DNA of 63,486 nucleotides, counting the filler, from Reticulomyxa filosa (Eukaryota > Protista > Foraminifera): NCBI GenBank assembly GCA_000512085.1. It is 23 parts of 23 records of this genome, joined end to end, with 100 filler letters (N's around TTAATTAATTAA, not from the genome) between each part and the next. Parts side by side here need not be neighbours in the genome. Positions count along the whole stretch, not along the records: positions 61,196 to 62,346 come from ASPP01032849.1; positions 62,447 to 63,486 come from ASPP01042211.1; 21 more parts are not named here. The stretch is one strand, 5' to 3'. Under the pieces are notes generated by a model. The model did not search any database. It worked only from the letters and a program-made list of their open reading frames with translations, and was not told where the DNA came from. Below, piece by piece: positions 61,096 through 63,486 of the stretch. The position numbers and the translations under genes were made by a program. How positions within the stretch are numbered: position 1 is the stretch's first letter; every line of letters starts with the position of its first letter.

Positions 61096-62626
61096 NNNNN
61101 NNNNNNNNNNNNNNNNNNNNNNNNNNNNNNNNNNNNNNNTTAATTAATTAANNNNNNNNNNNNNNNNNNNNNNNNNNNNNNNNNNNNNNNNNNNNCAATC
61201 TGTTGCAACTACTCTCAAAGCGAATGGAGCATTGGCTTGCCGAATTTCAATGTTTCACGAACTTGCAAGTTTGCCCGCACTTTCAAATCTTTCAGTGTTT
61301 GCAGAAATTGAGTAGTGAACAGTGACTTTTGCAGTCGATGGCCAATAATTCTGTTTTCACAACCATATCGTTCGTCTGCTTCGTCGTTTTTTTTTCACTG
61401 CTTTTGGTATTTGATTTAGTCACCAATGTATATACACATATCAAACACACAACACATAAACATGTTGGTATTTGTCCACGATTTGATCAAAGATACTCTC
61501 CAATTAGGTCGTTATCAATCCACGTTGTTTAATCCATGCGCTAGATTCGTGAAAACCATTATTTGCTGTGGGTTCAGTTGGCTTTTTTTTTTGACAAACA
61601 AATCAACAGAGTTTTCATATCCATGTTCACGTCATTGATTTTCTTCAAACAAATATATATATTATATATATTTATATAAGGTAAGATATTTGCGACACTA
61701 AGGAATGCATACAAACATTGGATAAGACAAAGAATGTCAGTGAATTAAACGACAAATAATGTCCTACACTTTGCTTCATTCAAGGACGACAAAAGCATTC
61801 GAACGAGTTTTGCGATTTTTTCTTCGGACTTGCTGTTGAATTAAGTCTTTGGTGTTACAATCGAGCAAGCGATACTGTCCTACTCAATGTGCATATAATG
61901 CACATGATAAAGTGAAGGGGATCAACATTACTTCGATGCAGAATGACGGATCGTGTTCGTATTTACATTGGCAGAGTTGTTCATGCATTGCGAGATCGAG
62001 TGATCCTTGGAAATACAGGCTATCATCCATTAGTTATTACTGCAAGGATGATACGTGTATTGAGAGTTTGCACACATTGTTGAATTGATTGGAGATTATC
62101 ATCATTCTTCATTTGCAGTTCCACCACCTTCACTGCTCGTCGATTTAACATATTCCAGTTGTTGTAAAAACAAAAACAACAAACAGCAAATTAATTCAAA
62201 TTGTTTAAAAAGAAAGACAAAAATAATAAATATTTTTTTTAACTTTAATCTTCTTTCAAGTGCATTCGGATCAATAAAGCCTTCCAATCTTACTTAACAA
62301 CTACAAATTTAAAATAAAAAATATAAACTATAATTTCAAATTTAATNNNNNNNNNNNNNNNNNNNNNNNNNNNNNNNNNNNNNNNNNNNNTTAATTAATT
62401 AANNNNNNNNNNNNNNNNNNNNNNNNNNNNNNNNNNNNNNNNNNNNGCAGAATTTAATGTTATTTTTAAAATTTTTGCATTGTGAAGTCACAATGGTTTT
62501 TGACTAATGTTTGCTTTATCTGTACTATCATTCTTTTTTCTTTTTTTTTTTGTCCAATGCCAAACAAGTCAAGCTAATTCAAAAGCATAAAAACTAAATT
62601 TTATTTTGTGGTAAAATTGAACATTA

Positions 62627-63229
62627 TCATTTGGTTAAATCACTTTTTGCCTTGTGTACTGCTTGTATTCTATCTGGCATTGAACTTTGTTAAGTTTGTG
62701 CATGTATATTTGTCAATTTTTTCTAATTCTAATTCAAATTATTTCTAAAGTTCTTCTTTTGATCTAAATGGTTCATTTTTGAATATTTTTGTTTTCACTA
62801 TCCACTACATATTTTCGATTTGGTTCAGGTCCGGAGAATTTAGATTGAAATTCGATATGTTGATAGCATTTTGTTCAAACTATTCTTTTGCTGTAATTGC
62901 TGTGTGGCTAGTTGCATTATCTTGCTGAAATATCCAATCTTTATTGTCTTCTAAGCATCAATTAATGCTTTTTGAGCATTTCATCACCTAGGACTTCTTT
63001 GTAAATATTTTCATTGACACATCAATTAATGTTATATTCATAACCAGGTCCTAACACTACAAAGCAAGACCACACGATTATGCTTCCACCACTAATTTTT
63101 GATGTTTTTATGATTGAACGTCAGCTTCCATTTACGCACATATTCATGACTTACACGAAATTTTTTTGCAATTTTGAGCGAACTCCAGTGATAACGCAAC
63201 AGTTCAACAGCACGTCTTTTTAAAATTCT
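62627..63229 (-). pseudogene. Tc1 (DD34E) transposase pseudogene, internally deleted
   Basis: RRAVELLRYHWSSLKIAKKFRVSHEYVRKWK (HTH) // KTSKISGGSIIVWSCFVVLGPG..NENIYKEVL..DWIFQQDNATSHTAITAKE*F..NSPDLNQIENM*WIVK..SKEEL*..SMPDRIQAVHKAK. There are 34 residues between the D of QDN and the E of IEN. Confidence 0.95.
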
Positions 63230-63486
63230 CAATAATTAAAAAACTCAAATATCGAACTACGTTGAGCTAAAAAAAAAAGAAAAGAAAAATGAAAGATAAA
63301 ATATTGAAATAATTAGTAAAGATGTAATAAAAAACTAAATTCAAAATGATATTTAAAAAGTACACGATTTGTATATATTTTTTAAAATAAAAAAAAAATT
63401 AGGTCTGAATGTTGTTTTTTCATGTAGAAAATCAATCATATCTATAAGGTACCGTTTTATGTGTCAACTTTACTTTGCATTCTACT
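62627..63486 (-). mobile_element. Decayed Tc1 transposon with its 5' TIR (subtype II) at the window end
   Basis: The transposase remnant is preceded by a subterminal region and TIR (63245-63486) homologous to 19675-19889 and to the reverse complement of 29978-30290. Confidence 0.9.

Noticed and set aside
62740-62885. TAG reassigned to Trp (alternative genetic code)
   Set aside because: Intact conserved genes here (WD40, TBC, PNPase, CASD1) use TGG and have no in-frame stops. The transposase also has TAA stops, frameshifts and a large deletion.
1-63486. Gene clusters or operon-like systems spanning linkers (e.g. ART, ubiquitin and PUB in consecutive contigs)
   Set aside because: The contigs appear to be concatenated arbitrarily, so adjacency across linkers is not evidence of linkage.
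1-63486. tRNA, rRNA or snRNA genes
   Set aside because: No cloverleaf or conserved rRNA motifs recognised by eye. A covariance-model scan would be needed to exclude small RNAs.

Overview
This is AT-rich, intron-containing eukaryotic DNA. It is not one locus: it consists of 23 small contigs (about 1-8 kb) joined by 22 artificial linkers (about 44 N, TTAATTAATTAA, about 44 N), so adjacency across linkers has no meaning. The gene families (WD40 with a HWIRxLxIKLGW leader, PUB/ADP-ribosyltransferase-like family), poly-Asn tracts, TA/CA-microsatellite introns and many decayed copies suggest a foraminiferan draft genome such as Reticulomyxa filosa (inference from recall, not searched). Recognisable, mostly partial genes: RCC1-repeat protein, CASD1/RWA-type O-acetyltransferase, TBC RabGAP, Furry/Tao3-like protein, tandem HECTD1-type discoidin-like domains, an RRM gene missed by the ORF track, PNPase, Sey1/RHD3 GTPase, MIEAP-like protein, ART-like protein, GH5 endoglycoceramidase, RGS protein, PUB-RasGEF, secreted Kelch-like protein, WD40 protein and a HYR/PT-repeat protein. 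The main structure invisible to the ORF track is a Tc1 (DD34E) transposon family found in 5 contigs. It comprises two complementary decayed transposase remnants, two TIR subtypes and a 111-bp palindromic MITE nested at a duplicated TA inside a relative, with the empty site visible elsewhere in the window. Also notable are a 133-bp near-perfect hairpin and an unusual intron style (GTT donors, A-rich AAG acceptors). All protein calls rest on motif recognition by eye.
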